NCBI GenBank assembly: GCA_963677925.2
Contig: CAXXYH010000003.1
Coordinates: forward strand, 1,504,001 to 1,568,000
Length of the DNA: 64,000 nt
From: Spirochaetia bacterium
Lineage (GTDB): Bacteria > Spirochaetota > Spirochaetia > UBA9216
Reading direction: 5' to 3'
Position 1 is the stretch's first letter. The number at the start of each line of letters is the position of its first letter. The position numbers and the translations under genes are program-made. Positions 28,407 to 38,174 of this stretch are shown here, piece by piece. The notes below the pieces were generated by a model, which worked only from the letters and a program-made list of their open reading frames with translations, was not told the origin of the DNA and made no database searches.

Positions 28407-30035
28407 CTAAAGCTTTCTATATACCACCTCTCCATTCATCACAGTCAGTTTTACCTCGGTAGAAGGTATTTCTTTATGGGATACTTCAAGAAGATTCTTC
28501 GACAGAACTATAAGATCTGCAAGCTTTCCTTCTTCTAAAGTTCCCAGTTCACTATCCATATTCTCAACGTAGGCTGAGCCTGACGTATATCCTTTTAATA
28601 CATCAGCGACAGAAATCCTCTCTTTAAGATTAAATACTTTTTCAGTGGTATCATTAGACTGCTTTCTTTCAACAGCAGCGTAGATATTATGGAAGGGATT
28701 CATGTCGGCAATGGGTGAGTCAGTTCCAAAGGCGTATTTTGCGCCGGTTTTTATTATTGATTTCAGCGCCCATGCTCTTTTTACACGATCTTCCCCCACA
28801 ATTTCAGCAAAACTGTCACTGCTTAAGACTGCATGACAGGGCATCATCGAAGCAGTTACTCCAAGAGCTTTGAATCTGGGAATATCGGAATCCTGAATAT
28901 TTTCAATATGCTCAATGGAATGTCTAAGGTCTTTTGAGCCATTCACTTTTTTCACTTCTTCGAATATATCAAGACATAATCTCACAGCTCCATCACCAAT
29001 GGCATGCACCCTTACGCTGAAACCATTCTTATCAGCATCAACAATTTGAGCTCTCAGAACATCCTCTTCTATAACCAGTCCCCCATTGTTTGCAGGTTGA
29101 TCAGAATATGGTTGAACCATGTAGGCAGTATGAGTTTCAACAACGCCGTCGGCCAGCTGCTTCAATCCGCAGAATTTTAGTTTTTCAGATGTAAAACATT
29201 TTTTAAGCTCCCATGATTCGTCAAGATCATTTTTTAATTCAGAGAAAAACATTATCCTTGTATTTAAGCGATTCTCATCATCCAGGCTTTGAAAAATATT
29301 ATAGGCATTTTGCTTCGCCACTCCTCTGGGAAAAACATCAGCAATGGTGGTTATTCCGAATTGATTTGCCCTCTTCAAGAATTTTTCAATAACAGTTTTC
29401 AGCCTTTCATCAGAAATACTTAATGCAGGTGTGGTAACCAGCATTACAGCCTCAGGCTCGAAAAGTAATCCGCTGACCTCACCGTTTTCAAGGCGTTCAA
29501 TCCCTTTTATTTCTGAATCACCTGCAGATAAGCTAATTCCAGCTAACTCCAGTGCGATATTGTTAACCCATGCAGAATGCATATCAAAACTTTGGAGGCA
29601 TATAGGTCTGTCGGTATTAATTTTATTAAGAGTATTCTTGCTTGGAAGCTTGTGTTCAGGCCACATCCAGTGATTCCAGCCCACTCCGTAGATCCAGGGA
29701 TTATCCGGATGTTCAGAAGCAAAAGCTTCAACCCGACGAACACATTCATCTTCACTAGAGCAATCAAATAATGAAATGCAATAAGATTCATCAGACAACA
29801 AACTGCTGTCTGAAAGATGGAAGTGTGCATCATTAAATCCAGGCATTATTAGTTCATCAGTATAAGTGAGGACTTCTGTCATCGGCCCGATATAGTTTTT
29901 AATTTCGGCGTCTGTTCCTACTGCGATTATTCTATCAGCTTTTACAGCAACCCCGCCGCTTATAACCTTGTCGCTCAGGCCCGTAAATATAGCATTGCTT
30001 TTTATTACCAGATCGGCTTCTGTTCGGCTCTCCAT
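28407..30035 (-). CDS. Metal-dependent amidohydrolase (YtcJ/Amidohydro_3 type)
   Basis: PGFNDAHFH, HSAWVN, LKQLADG, VHAIGDGA, IEHIE, GTDSP, GTLEEGKLADL. Confidence 0.9.
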   Translation of the reverse strand: MESRTEADLVIKSNAIFTGLSDKVISGGVAVKADRIIAVGTDAEIKNYIGPMTEVLTYTDELIMPGFNDAHFHLSDSSLLSDESYCISLFDCSSEDECVRRVEAFASEHPDNPWIYGVGWNHWMWPEHKLPSKNTLNKINTDRPICLQSFDMHSAWVNNIALELAGISLSAGDSEIKGIERLENGEVSGLLFEPEAVMLVTTPALSISDERLKTVIEKFLKRANQFGITTIADVFPRGVAKQNAYNIFQSLDDENRLNTRIMFFSELKNDLDESWELKKCFTSEKLKFCGLKQLADGVVETHTAYMVQPYSDQPANNGGLVIEEDVLRAQIVDADKNGFSVRVHAIGDGAVRLCLDIFEEVKKVNGSKDLRHSIEHIENIQDSDIPRFKALGVTASMMPCHAVLSSDSFAEIVGEDRVKRAWALKSIIKTGAKYAFGTDSPIADMNPFHNIYAAVERKQSNDTTEKVFNLKERISVADVLKGYTSGSAYVENMDSELGTLEEGKLADLIVLSKNLLEVSHKEIPSTEVKLTVMNGEVVYRKL

Positions 30036-30161
30036 GGTAAAAATGGTAACCCGATTAATAGAATAGCGAAATTATCCGATTTAGTTCTTTTATGGTACCC
30101 GGCTTGATAGATAAGGTACACTTCCGGGCACCTTTTTCATAATTCCAGAGATGCTTATCAA

Positions 30162-30923
30162 TTATTTAAAGTTATAACCGATTAACTGAGTACGTCTTGT
30201 CACTTCAAGTTTTTTATAAATATTTTTGAGATGTTTTTTAACTGTATGTTCGCTTATAAAGAGACTGTCCGCTATATCCGCATTTGAAAAACCTTTTATT
30301 ACAAGGAACAGAACTTCAATTTCACGACGTGTAAGCCGGTATCCCTTTTCGAGCTGATATTTATCTGGCAAAACGGAACTGTTATCAGCTTTTATTTTTT
30401 TATCTTCGATATATAAGCGATGGGCCAGATGTTCCTTTAATTGATTTAATACAAATAAATCCTTCTGCGAGAAATCTTCACTATCTTTGGGACGGTATAA
30501 ACAAATGATTCCAAGCAAATCATTTTCCAGAGCCAGGCAAAGCTGCATTGCAAAATGGATTCCCTTGCTTTCGTAGAATTCTTTATAAAACAGGGAATTT
30601 TCTCTTTCGACACATGATATAAGATTTGTCTCAATAAAGGCCATATTCTTTGCAGCAAGATAAATCCATCTTGTATAATCAAGCTGTTCATATTCATCAT
30701 ATTCATATACATCTTCAGTTTCCGGAATATTAAAATATACCATATCTGAAAAAAGGTGTTTTCCGTCTCCTGATGCAAGACCGAAGGTTGCTGAATCATA
30801 AGGAATAATTAATTGAATCAGACCAAGAAATATTTCACGCATTTCTTTCAGGTCTTCTATTGTATGGATTTTATAGATTAGATCATTTAAAAACAGCCAT
30901 TCATTTTCCTGCAAATAAGACAT
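30162..30923 (-). CDS. LuxR-family regulator with an N-terminal GAF-like sensor
   Basis: LTRREIEVL..VIKGFSNADIADSLFISEHTVKKHLKNIYKKL. No receiver Asp motif. Confidence 0.9.
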   Translation of the reverse strand: MSYLQENEWLFLNDLIYKIHTIEDLKEMREIFLGLIQLIIPYDSATFGLASGDGKHLFSDMVYFNIPETEDVYEYDEYEQLDYTRWIYLAAKNMAFIETNLISCVERENSLFYKEFYESKGIHFAMQLCLALENDLLGIICLYRPKDSEDFSQKDLFVLNQLKEHLAHRLYIEDKKIKADNSSVLPDKYQLEKGYRLTRREIEVLFLVIKGFSNADIADSLFISEHTVKKHLKNIYKKLEVTRRTQLIGYNFK

Positions 30924-31032
30924 CCACGCACCACCTGTGGGTATAGATTATACAACACAGAATCAGAATTGGAAAGTTGAGGATTTTTTCATTCATTGCA
31001 GATTGTAAAGCTGCAGGTAGGGAATTGTTTTT

Positions 31033-31065
31033 TTTGGGAGGCCTGAAAGTAATAAGATTTAGTGA
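31033..31065 (+). pseudogene. mazE: 3' remnant of a mazE-like antitoxin
   Basis: Reads F-G-R-P-E-S-N-K-I-*(TAG, probably ex-TGG)-TGA, resembling the MazE C-terminus (WGxPxGxExW). Overlaps the mazF GTG start. Confidence 0.5.
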
Positions 31066-31270
31066 ACAGCTAATATATTCCACAAGAAGATGATTTAATC
31101 TGCTTGAATTTTACTCCCAAATCAGGGCATGAACAGGCAGGAAAAAGACCTGCAATAGTTTTATCGCTACTCGAATATAATAAGAGAACAAGTTTCTTTA
31201 TTGCCTGCTCAATACGAGTAAAACAGAAGATCATTAATTTGAAGGAAAACTTGATGGAGAGATAATTTCT
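31062..31270 (+). pseudogene. mazF: Degenerate mazF/PemK-type toxin
   Basis: GTG-N-S-*-YIPQEDDLICLNFTPKSGHEQAGKRPAIVLSLLEYNKRTSFFIACSI, then a frameshift into TSK..*FEGKLDG. Truncated at the GxxExxY stop. Confidence 0.8.
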
Positions 31271-31275
31271 AAACC

Positions 31276-31689
31276 TCACACAACAAAGCGTTTCCAGATT
31301 AAACGTTCACCCTGGAAATTAACAAGATATCCCAACCTGAAGCCAGAGATATGCAGATAATTAAGAAGCTGCGCTTCATGAATTGTCCCCAGTGCTTTTA
31401 CTGATTTTAGTTCTATTATGACCTTGCATTCAACAACCAGATCTGCGAAAAACTCACCGACCTGATTACCCTTATAGCTGACATTAAACGGAGCATTATA
31501 ACTAACACTAAGCCCCTGTGATCGAATTTCAAAATATAGCGCTTTGCGATAACAGCTTTCGAGCAGCCCACACCCCAATTCATTGTGCACACTGATACAT
31601 GCACCAATAATTTTATTTGATAAATCTTTTATAGCGTTTCTACACTGACAGTTTTCAAAGAAAACTGTCAAATCTTTTGTCAACGACAA
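31276..31689 (-). CDS. GxxExxY protein (PD-(D/E)XK nuclease-like)
   Basis: IIGACISVHNELGCGLLESCY, ADLVVE.KVIIELKSV, EAQLLNYL, GYLVNF. Confidence 0.93.
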   Translation of the reverse strand: MSLTKDLTVFFENCQCRNAIKDLSNKIIGACISVHNELGCGLLESCYRKALYFEIRSQGLSVSYNAPFNVSYKGNQVGEFFADLVVECKVIIELKSVKALGTIHEAQLLNYLHISGFRLGYLVNFQGERLIWKRFVV

Positions 31690-31881
31690 AAGATTCAGCC
31701 TCTCTGTTTTTATTCAAAACAGGCAGTCTCAGGATAATACAATCTTTCTCTTCATTCCTTCAGCTTCGCATCCGGTGCTACTATTTTGAGTTAGACTATG
31801 TGGCTTAACGTAGTCCGTGCACCGCGACCTCGCTTACCTCCAAAATCCGTGTTACCACGGCGATCTTTCTATATCCGTGGC

Positions 31882-31915
31882 AAAAAAAACCGGCAAAGAT
31901 TAAATCCTTACCGGT
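31882..31915 (-). terminator. Rho-independent terminator of the TRAP/UroD operon
   Basis: Minus strand ACCGGTAAGGAT-tta-ATCTTTGCCGGT followed by a T-run. Confidence 0.8.
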
Positions 31916-31940
31916 CTTATAACTTACTATCTCTTATTTT

Positions 31941-33104
31941 CTACAAATCTATCGGATAGGTTCCGTATTTTTCAACAGTCTCTACCATTGCCATCAGTGA
32001 GTCTGCAGTTATCGGGTACATAATGGTATTGGAACTTGAAAGAATATATCCGCCTCCCGGTGCACCGTCACGCAGGCACTGCTTTGTCTCTTCGATAATT
32101 TCATCCCGGGTACCGAAAGGAAGGGTTCTTCCGCAGTCGACATTACCCATGATGAGAATTTTATCACCATACAGCTTTTTGATTTCAGGAAGCTTCATTC
32201 CGGCATAGGGTTCGCAGCTCTGGAAGGCATCGATATTCATTCCAAAAAACATGTCTGCAATCGGCATTATGTTTCCGTCGCTGTGCTTCATTACCTTAAC
32301 ACCGTGAGCATGACAGTAATCGGCAATCGCATTTACCTGCGGTACCATAAACTCCTCAATATAATAGGGAGGCATTATCGGTCCTGAGTTCATGGCCCAG
32401 TCTACTGCAATTAGCACACCGTCAACCCCGCATTCAACAAAACCCTTTGCAGCCTCCAGACCGTATGCGGTGTAAGCATCAATCAGTCTTTTGTTAAGCT
32501 CCGGGTTGGTCAGAGCAATGGTCATAAACTCTGTATACCAGCTTCTACCTGAAGGAATTAGGTTCGGTATCTTTGCCATATGGAAAAGATCCTCACCCTT
32601 CTCTCTTGAACGGCGGGTGGTATCAAAACAGCTCTCATGGATTTTAGCAGCTGATTTTTCCAGGGCTTCGATATGCTCTTCAATAGCCTTCTCCCCGCCC
32701 TGCTTCTCGTAGGAATCTACTTCCATTACTATCTGCTTATCCTGCTCGTAGGTAAACTTACGCCAGTGCCCGGTAGCCTGATCAACCTCGGTCCATCCGG
32801 TTTCAGAAATCTCTGTAATCTTCATGACTTCGTCAACAGGCGGATCAAGCTCTGTAGTGAAAAGGTCGTGACCAATCTTCTTTACAACATCTGTATTATC
32901 CTGGGCAAACCTTTCAACAAACTCTTCACGACAGCCCCTGGCTACAAGTTCGGCTGCAAGCATATACATTGAACCTTCGCCGGTTATGGCATCACGTCCA
33001 AGAATTTCGCTGGAAGCATGGGGCATGATATGCATTTCACCCATAGGGACCCTGTCAGCTTCCTTATGTTCATAAGCAGTTAATACTCTTTCTTTAGATG
33101 TCAT
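31941..33104 (-). CDS. Uroporphyrinogen decarboxylase/MtaA-CmuA family protein
   Basis: MTSKERV...EADRVP, KHSDGNI, MGNVDC..LPFGT, APGGGYILSSSNTI. Confidence 0.85.
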   Translation of the reverse strand: MTSKERVLTAYEHKEADRVPMGEMHIMPHASSEILGRDAITGEGSMYMLAAELVARGCREEFVERFAQDNTDVVKKIGHDLFTTELDPPVDEVMKITEISETGWTEVDQATGHWRKFTYEQDKQIVMEVDSYEKQGGEKAIEEHIEALEKSAAKIHESCFDTTRRSREKGEDLFHMAKIPNLIPSGRSWYTEFMTIALTNPELNKRLIDAYTAYGLEAAKGFVECGVDGVLIAVDWAMNSGPIMPPYYIEEFMVPQVNAIADYCHAHGVKVMKHSDGNIMPIADMFFGMNIDAFQSCEPYAGMKLPEIKKLYGDKILIMGNVDCGRTLPFGTRDEIIEETKQCLRDGAPGGGYILSSSNTIMYPITADSLMAMVETVEKYGTYPIDL

Positions 33105-33112
33105 TTCTTCTC

Positions 33113-34138
33113 CTATGAAAACTTAATCAGAGCTTTCACAATGGTTTTATCTTTGTGAATATCGTCAAAGGCCTTCATGGCATCTTCAACCGGATATACT
33201 CTGCTGACCAGTTTTTTAAGCTTATTGTTAATCTTTCCCTGGTTTATGATCTCTGCAGCTGCACGGAAATGATTATATGGATGAATTCTTACACCCTTAA
33301 GTTCTATTTCACGAAGCACTACCGATACTACATCGACCTTGAAACCCTGGTTTGGTATTCCTATAAGAACTATGGTACCGCCTGATGCACAGGCTTTAGT
33401 CATATTATCCCAGCCCGGCTGAGTTCCTGATACTTCAAAAACCCGCTTAAAACCCTTTCCACCGGAAAGTTCCATAACCCTTTTATCGTAATCAGAATCA
33501 AGCGCATTCAGGCATGTAAAGCCCAGCTCTTCTGCAAAGGCAATACGCTTTTCATCGACATCAGTCAGAATAATCCGCCCTGCTCCGTTAAACTCGGCGG
33601 TTACAGCCAGGATAAGCCCTATTGTTCCGGCTCCGATAATAAAAACATCTTCGCCTGCCTGAAGACCGCTTCTTCTTATGTCATGAACAGCTACTGCAAG
33701 AGGTTCCAGCAGCGCGGTTACCTCAGGATCTGCATCAGCCTTAAGCTTTACGAGTCTTTCGGCACTTATTTTTATATATTCAGAAAAGCATCCGTCCTTA
33801 TGAACTCCGTATATGGAAAGTTCCTTACAGAGGTTCTCATGTCCGCTCATGCAGTATTCACAGTATCCGCATGAAGTTAACGGATGTCCCGATACACGGT
33901 CACCTATCTGGAAACCGCTTACTGTTTTACTTTTAATATCAGCAAGCTCGCCGTAGAACTCGTGACCAAGAACCATCGGCGGTTTTGCTGTAGGATGCTT
34001 CCCTTCAAGGATATGCACATCGGAGCCGCATATACCCACATATTTTACTTTTATAAGAGCTTCACCCTCGTTCAGCTCCGGAACTGCTGCATCTTCAATT
34101 TTCAGCTCATTAAATGCAGTCATTCTTGCAAGTTTCAT
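33113..34138 (-). CDS. Zn-dependent polyol/sugar-acid dehydrogenase (MDR family)
   Basis: GICGSD, LGHEF, CGYCEYC..G.ENLC, LEPLAVAVH, IGAGTIG. Confidence 0.9.
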   Translation of the reverse strand: MKLARMTAFNELKIEDAAVPELNEGEALIKVKYVGICGSDVHILEGKHPTAKPPMVLGHEFYGELADIKSKTVSGFQIGDRVSGHPLTSCGYCEYCMSGHENLCKELSIYGVHKDGCFSEYIKISAERLVKLKADADPEVTALLEPLAVAVHDIRRSGLQAGEDVFIIGAGTIGLILAVTAEFNGAGRIILTDVDEKRIAFAEELGFTCLNALDSDYDKRVMELSGGKGFKRVFEVSGTQPGWDNMTKACASGGTIVLIGIPNQGFKVDVVSVVLREIELKGVRIHPYNHFRAAAEIINQGKINNKLKKLVSRVYPVEDAMKAFDDIHKDKTIVKALIKFS

Positions 34139-34150
34139 TAATTACTCCAT

Positions 34151-35185
34151 CTAAGTTTTACGGAGAACAGGTCCTGTTGTCTTTCGTACTACAAGCTGAA
34201 CATCCAACTCTGTACTCAAAGGAACATCATTTCCTTCAATTAGGTTAACCAGGATTTCAACACCCTTACGTCCCTTATCATGGGTAGCCTGATTTATGGT
34301 AGTCAGCGGAGGATTCATGACTTTGGCCATTGCGATATCATCAAAGCCTACTACAGAAATATCATCAGGTATTTTAAGCCCCTTCTCCTGAATTACATTC
34401 ATTACACCAAAGGCCATAAAGTCTCCGGCTACAAACACAGCAGTCGGCTCAACTTCTTCAAGAAGCTGCTTCATTATCACCGTCCCGCTGTCAATATTAT
34501 TGGCACCAGTTCTTATATATTCTTCTTTCACCTCAAGACCGTTATTATTCATAGCATCTCTGTATCCCTGAAGTCGGTCTGCACTGCTTGAAAGAACCTT
34601 AGGACCGTTTATAAAACAAATCTTCTCATGTCCAAGAGAGATCAGATGCTCTACTGCAATCATGGCACCCTTGTAATTGTTTACACAGACATGGGGTACA
34701 TTTGTATTACCCGGCATCCTGGAAGTGAGAACAGTTGGTATTCCTGTTTCTTTAATATTATCAAGAATATCCATGTGATTCAGACCTGGACTGATAACAA
34801 GAAGGCCGTCAATCCGGTTCTGGTAGATTACATCCAGATAGTTATCATTGTGACAGTATAATAGAAGAATATAGTATCCTTTACTGTCAGCCTCTTTAAA
34901 AATACCGCGTATAATCTCTTCATAGAAAGGATTCATAAAAACATAATCAATGTCATGCGGAATAAAAACACCGATAGTGTCGTTCCGATGACTCGACATC
35001 GCCTTCGCTGTAGCGTTCGGTTGATAATTATATTTCTTCACTGTTTCGAGAATTCTCTCCCTTGTTTCAGGTAGAATATCACTCTTGTTATTAAGAGCCC
35101 TTGAGACAGTAGTCTTTGAAACACCAAGCTCTTTAGCTATATCAGCGATTGTATATTGTTTTCTTTTCTTAGGGTTGTGAACCAT
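34151..35185 (-). CDS. LacI-family transcriptional regulator
   Basis: TIADIAKELGVSKTTVSRALN, YQPNATAKAM, IPDDISVVGFDD, PPLTTI. ATG 35185 preferred as start. Confidence 0.95.
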   Translation of the reverse strand: MVHNPKKRKQYTIADIAKELGVSKTTVSRALNNKSDILPETRERILETVKKYNYQPNATAKAMSSHRNDTIGVFIPHDIDYVFMNPFYEEIIRGIFKEADSKGYYILLLYCHNDNYLDVIYQNRIDGLLVISPGLNHMDILDNIKETGIPTVLTSRMPGNTNVPHVCVNNYKGAMIAVEHLISLGHEKICFINGPKVLSSSADRLQGYRDAMNNNGLEVKEEYIRTGANNIDSGTVIMKQLLEEVEPTAVFVAGDFMAFGVMNVIQEKGLKIPDDISVVGFDDIAMAKVMNPPLTTINQATHDKGRKGVEILVNLIEGNDVPLSTELDVQLVVRKTTGPVLRKT

Positions 35186-35234
35186 TTCTGCTTCCTTTCT
35201 CAAATTCCGATGATCAGATTAACATTTCAAAGAA

Positions 35235-35263
35235 ACCCTAACTCCGACCGGTTAATCTGTCAA
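35235..35263 (-). promoter_or_regulatory. Internal sigma-70 promoter for lacI and the downstream genes
   Basis: TTGACA-17-TAGGGT, with the -35 overlapping the upstream stop codon. The spacer contains AACCGGT. Confidence 0.55.
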
Positions 35264-36297
35264 TCATTTCTTTCAGGGATAATTAAGGTCTTGTAGCCCT
35301 CCTTCCTGATAACCGCATCAAAGGCTTCACACCATTGTCCAATTGGATATTTCTTACCAATCAGCGGCTTCAGATCAACCTTTCCATTTTTCATGAGCTC
35401 CAGAGCCGTCTCCCATGAGGTCGGTTCGGAAGCATAGCTGTTTGTTATATTGATCTCTTTCATAAGAGCAAGATCCATATCAAATCCGGGAACTGTTCCA
35501 TATAGTCCCAGCTGGCCGAATAAGCCGGTCTTCTTAAGAACTTTCAGGCAGGTGTCTGCTGATGCAGCAGCTCCGGCACATTCAAAAGCTGCGTCAAATC
35601 CATATCCCGAGGTTATCTGAATAGCCCGTTCTGCAGGATTTTCCTCATCAACAACAATCACTTCTAAGGCGCCGCACTGCTTTGCAAGCTTAAGCCGTTC
35701 GCGGTCAAAGGAAGTGCCGCCTACTGTAACAGAGGCTCCGCAGGCTATTGCTACCTGCATTGCAAGCTGACCTATAATGCCGGGTCCGGAAATATAAACC
35801 ATATCGCCGGCCTTTATATTGCTACGCTCAATTACACCGCGTACAACACAGGCTAAAGGCTCTGTAAGCGCGGCTTCATCCAGTGAAACATTCTCCGGGA
35901 TTTTATAAGCGAGCCCGGCCGGAACGACGATATACTCAGTAAAAGCTCCGTTAACTCCCGAACCAATCGAAAGTCTTCTGTTGCACAGCATTCTAAGTCC
36001 TGCTCTGCAGTATCTGCATTTCCCGCATGTAACAACGGCAGTGACAGAAACCACCCGGTCTCCCTTTCGGAAACCGGATACCTCTTCGCCAATCTCCTCT
36101 ATAATACCGCTGTATTCATGCCCCATGACAACTGGAGGATTACTTGGATACTCATTCTGCATAATATGAATATCCGATCCGCAGATACCCGTCGCATGAA
36201 CCCGGATTTTTATATCATCAGCTCCGGCAGAAGGCTCGGGAACATCAATTAATTCCAGAGTAGTGCTCTCTGCCGACTTTTTAATTAAAGCTCTCAT
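35260..36297 (-). CDS. Zn-dependent polyol dehydrogenase (sorbitol/iditol dehydrogenase-like)
   Basis: GICGSD, MGHEY, CGKCRYC..G..MLC, TEPLAC, GPGIIG. Confidence 0.9.
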   Translation of the reverse strand: MRALIKKSAESTTLELIDVPEPSAGADDIKIRVHATGICGSDIHIMQNEYPSNPPVVMGHEYSGIIEEIGEEVSGFRKGDRVVSVTAVVTCGKCRYCRAGLRMLCNRRLSIGSGVNGAFTEYIVVPAGLAYKIPENVSLDEAALTEPLACVVRGVIERSNIKAGDMVYISGPGIIGQLAMQVAIACGASVTVGGTSFDRERLKLAKQCGALEVIVVDEENPAERAIQITSGYGFDAAFECAGAAASADTCLKVLKKTGLFGQLGLYGTVPGFDMDLALMKEINITNSYASEPTSWETALELMKNGKVDLKPLIGKKYPIGQWCEAFDAVIRKEGYKTLIIPERND

Positions 36298-36319
36298 AAC
36301 TCAGACCTTATCCCGTACC

Positions 36320-37615
36320 TCAGCCTGCAAGCAGGTTGGGGACAAACATTACTATCTGCGGAACATAAATAAACAGAAACAGCATACCAATCAGTACTAT
36401 TAGAAATGGAACGGCATCTTTTATATACGCCCCAAGTTTCACATCCGCGATAGACGTTGTAACGAACATCATAGTACCGAAGGGCGGAGTAAAGCCCGCT
36501 ATAGTAAGGTTGATACACATGATAATTCCGAAGTGAATAAGGTTAATACCTGCAGCGCTTACAGCGGGAACCAGAAGCGGTGCAAGGAGAACCATCGCCG
36601 CACCGCCCTCAAAGAAGCATCCGATTGCTATAAGCATAATAGTTATTACAAACAGCAGCATATTGGGATTGGTTATGTTCTGTATAAGCGCCTCAGAAAT
36701 TGTGATTGGAATCCTTTCCCATGTAAGGTAACTTCCGAACATATTAGCGGCAGCGATAATAAAAAGAACCCCGGCAGTAGCCTCAAGTGATTCCATCAGA
36801 ATCGGCCATACATGTTTTATTTTCAAATCCTTATAAACAAAAACACCTATCAGCACGGCATAAACTACAGATATGGCTCCGGCCTCGGTTGGAGTAAACA
36901 TCCCCATCCTGAGTCCCATTAGAATTCCGAAAGGAAGAAAAAGCGCCCATATTGATTCCTTAAACTGCCTGAATATCTCCTTACCGGAGGCCTTCTTGTC
37001 TCTTGAGGGTTTATAACCCCTTTTCTTTGATACAAAGGATACGGTGATCATCAATGCTATACAGAGCAGGGCTCCGGGTACATATCCGGCAAAGAACATC
37101 TTGGCAATCGAAACATCGGCGGCTACAGCATAAAGAATCAGGATGATACCGGGTGGAATTATCGGGGTTATACAGGAAGAAGCAGCAGTTACAACAGTTG
37201 AGAACGGCCGGCTGTAACCAAGTTTTTCCATTTCAGGAACAAGAATCTTGGTCTCCATGGCAGCATCGGCATTAGCAGAACCTGATAGTCCGCCCATCAG
37301 TGTACTGAGTAGAACATTAACCTGCCCCAGGCCGCCTCTCTGGTGACCTACCAGTACTTCGGCAAAACCCATAAGTCTCTTTGTAATACCGGCATAGTTG
37401 AAAACAACTCCGGCACATGCAAAGAAGGGAATTGCAAGATACGGGAATGATTCCATAGAAGCAATAATTCTCTGAACCGATATTGCTATCGGCATAGTGG
37501 TGTTTATAAAAAGGTAGTAAACCAGCGATGATGCAATCATTGCAAAAGCAACCGGTATACGCAGAAAAAATAATAAAAAAAGTATAACAATCGGCAGATA
37601 GGGCAGAAAATCCAT
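36320..37615 (-). CDS. dctM: TRAP transporter large permease DctM
   Basis: LAIPFF, GGLSGSANADAA, PIIPPGI, FTPTEAG, TPPFG. Confidence 0.95.
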   Translation of the reverse strand: MDFLPYLPIVILFLLFFLRIPVAFAMIASSLVYYLFINTTMPIAISVQRIIASMESFPYLAIPFFACAGVVFNYAGITKRLMGFAEVLVGHQRGGLGQVNVLLSTLMGGLSGSANADAAMETKILVPEMEKLGYSRPFSTVVTAASSCITPIIPPGIILILYAVAADVSIAKMFFAGYVPGALLCIALMITVSFVSKKRGYKPSRDKKASGKEIFRQFKESIWALFLPFGILMGLRMGMFTPTEAGAISVVYAVLIGVFVYKDLKIKHVWPILMESLEATAGVLFIIAAANMFGSYLTWERIPITISEALIQNITNPNMLLFVITIMLIAIGCFFEGGAAMVLLAPLLVPAVSAAGINLIHFGIIMCINLTIAGFTPPFGTMMFVTTSIADVKLGAYIKDAVPFLIVLIGMLFLFIYVPQIVMFVPNLLAG

Positions 37616-37616
37616 A

Positions 37617-38117
37617 TTATTCTACTTCCTCGGAAATCAGTTTTTCGCCAAAATCAATAACCTCTTTTCCTGAAACGGTTTTAATCAGAAAAACAAGTGA
37701 ATGATAAGACATAATCAGAAATGAAATTGTTGCAGATATATCAATAAACGTATAAGGAATGCGCAACGCTGCAGTCGGTCTTATCCAGGCCCCTATTGAG
37801 AGCTTAAGACTCAGCCATGCAAGAAGCACATTCAGCAGAGTCAAAACGGTAAAGTTAAATATCCGGACTATCTTATGAGCGTTCTCCGGAAGCCTGTCAA
37901 CGACAACATCAATTGTAATAAGAGCGTGATTCCTGTAAAGAACTGCAACACCGAAAAATACGCAGTATGTAAAACCGATGAATGCTATCTCCTCGGTATA
38001 ATTAAATGAATGACCCAGAAAGTATCTGGAAAAGACATTGATAATTACCATAAGAAGCATTACAGAAAAGGCTATTGCGCCAATAAGTTTTTCAAAGTTT
38101 TTAAACAGCCAGGGCAT
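37617..38117 (-). CDS. dctQ: TRAP transporter small permease DctQ
   Basis: 4 TMs, NVFSRY....F.YTEE, TAALRIP. Confidence 0.92.
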   Translation of the reverse strand: MPWLFKNFEKLIGAIAFSVMLLMVIINVFSRYFLGHSFNYTEEIAFIGFTYCVFFGVAVLYRNHALITIDVVVDRLPENAHKIVRIFNFTVLTLLNVLLAWLSLKLSIGAWIRPTAALRIPYTFIDISATISFLIMSYHSLVFLIKTVSGKEVIDFGEKLISEEVE

Positions 38118-38139
38118 TATATTATTTCCTTGTTTAAAC

Positions 38140-38162
38140 CCGGGAAGCAGAACGCTTCCCGG
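38140..38162 (-). other. Stem-loop after dctP (stabiliser or attenuator)
   Basis: CCGGGAAGC-5nt-GCTTCCCGG. Confidence 0.65.
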
Positions 38163-38174
38163 AAAATTAGTCTA

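Noticed and set aside
31070-31279. 69-aa minus-strand ORF
   Set aside because: It is antisense to the mazF pseudogene, which explains the sequence better.
31700-31880. tRNA or structured ncRNA upstream of GxxExxY
   Set aside because: No cloverleaf or T-loop GTTC motif. Only short CACGGA repeats, reported as a finding.
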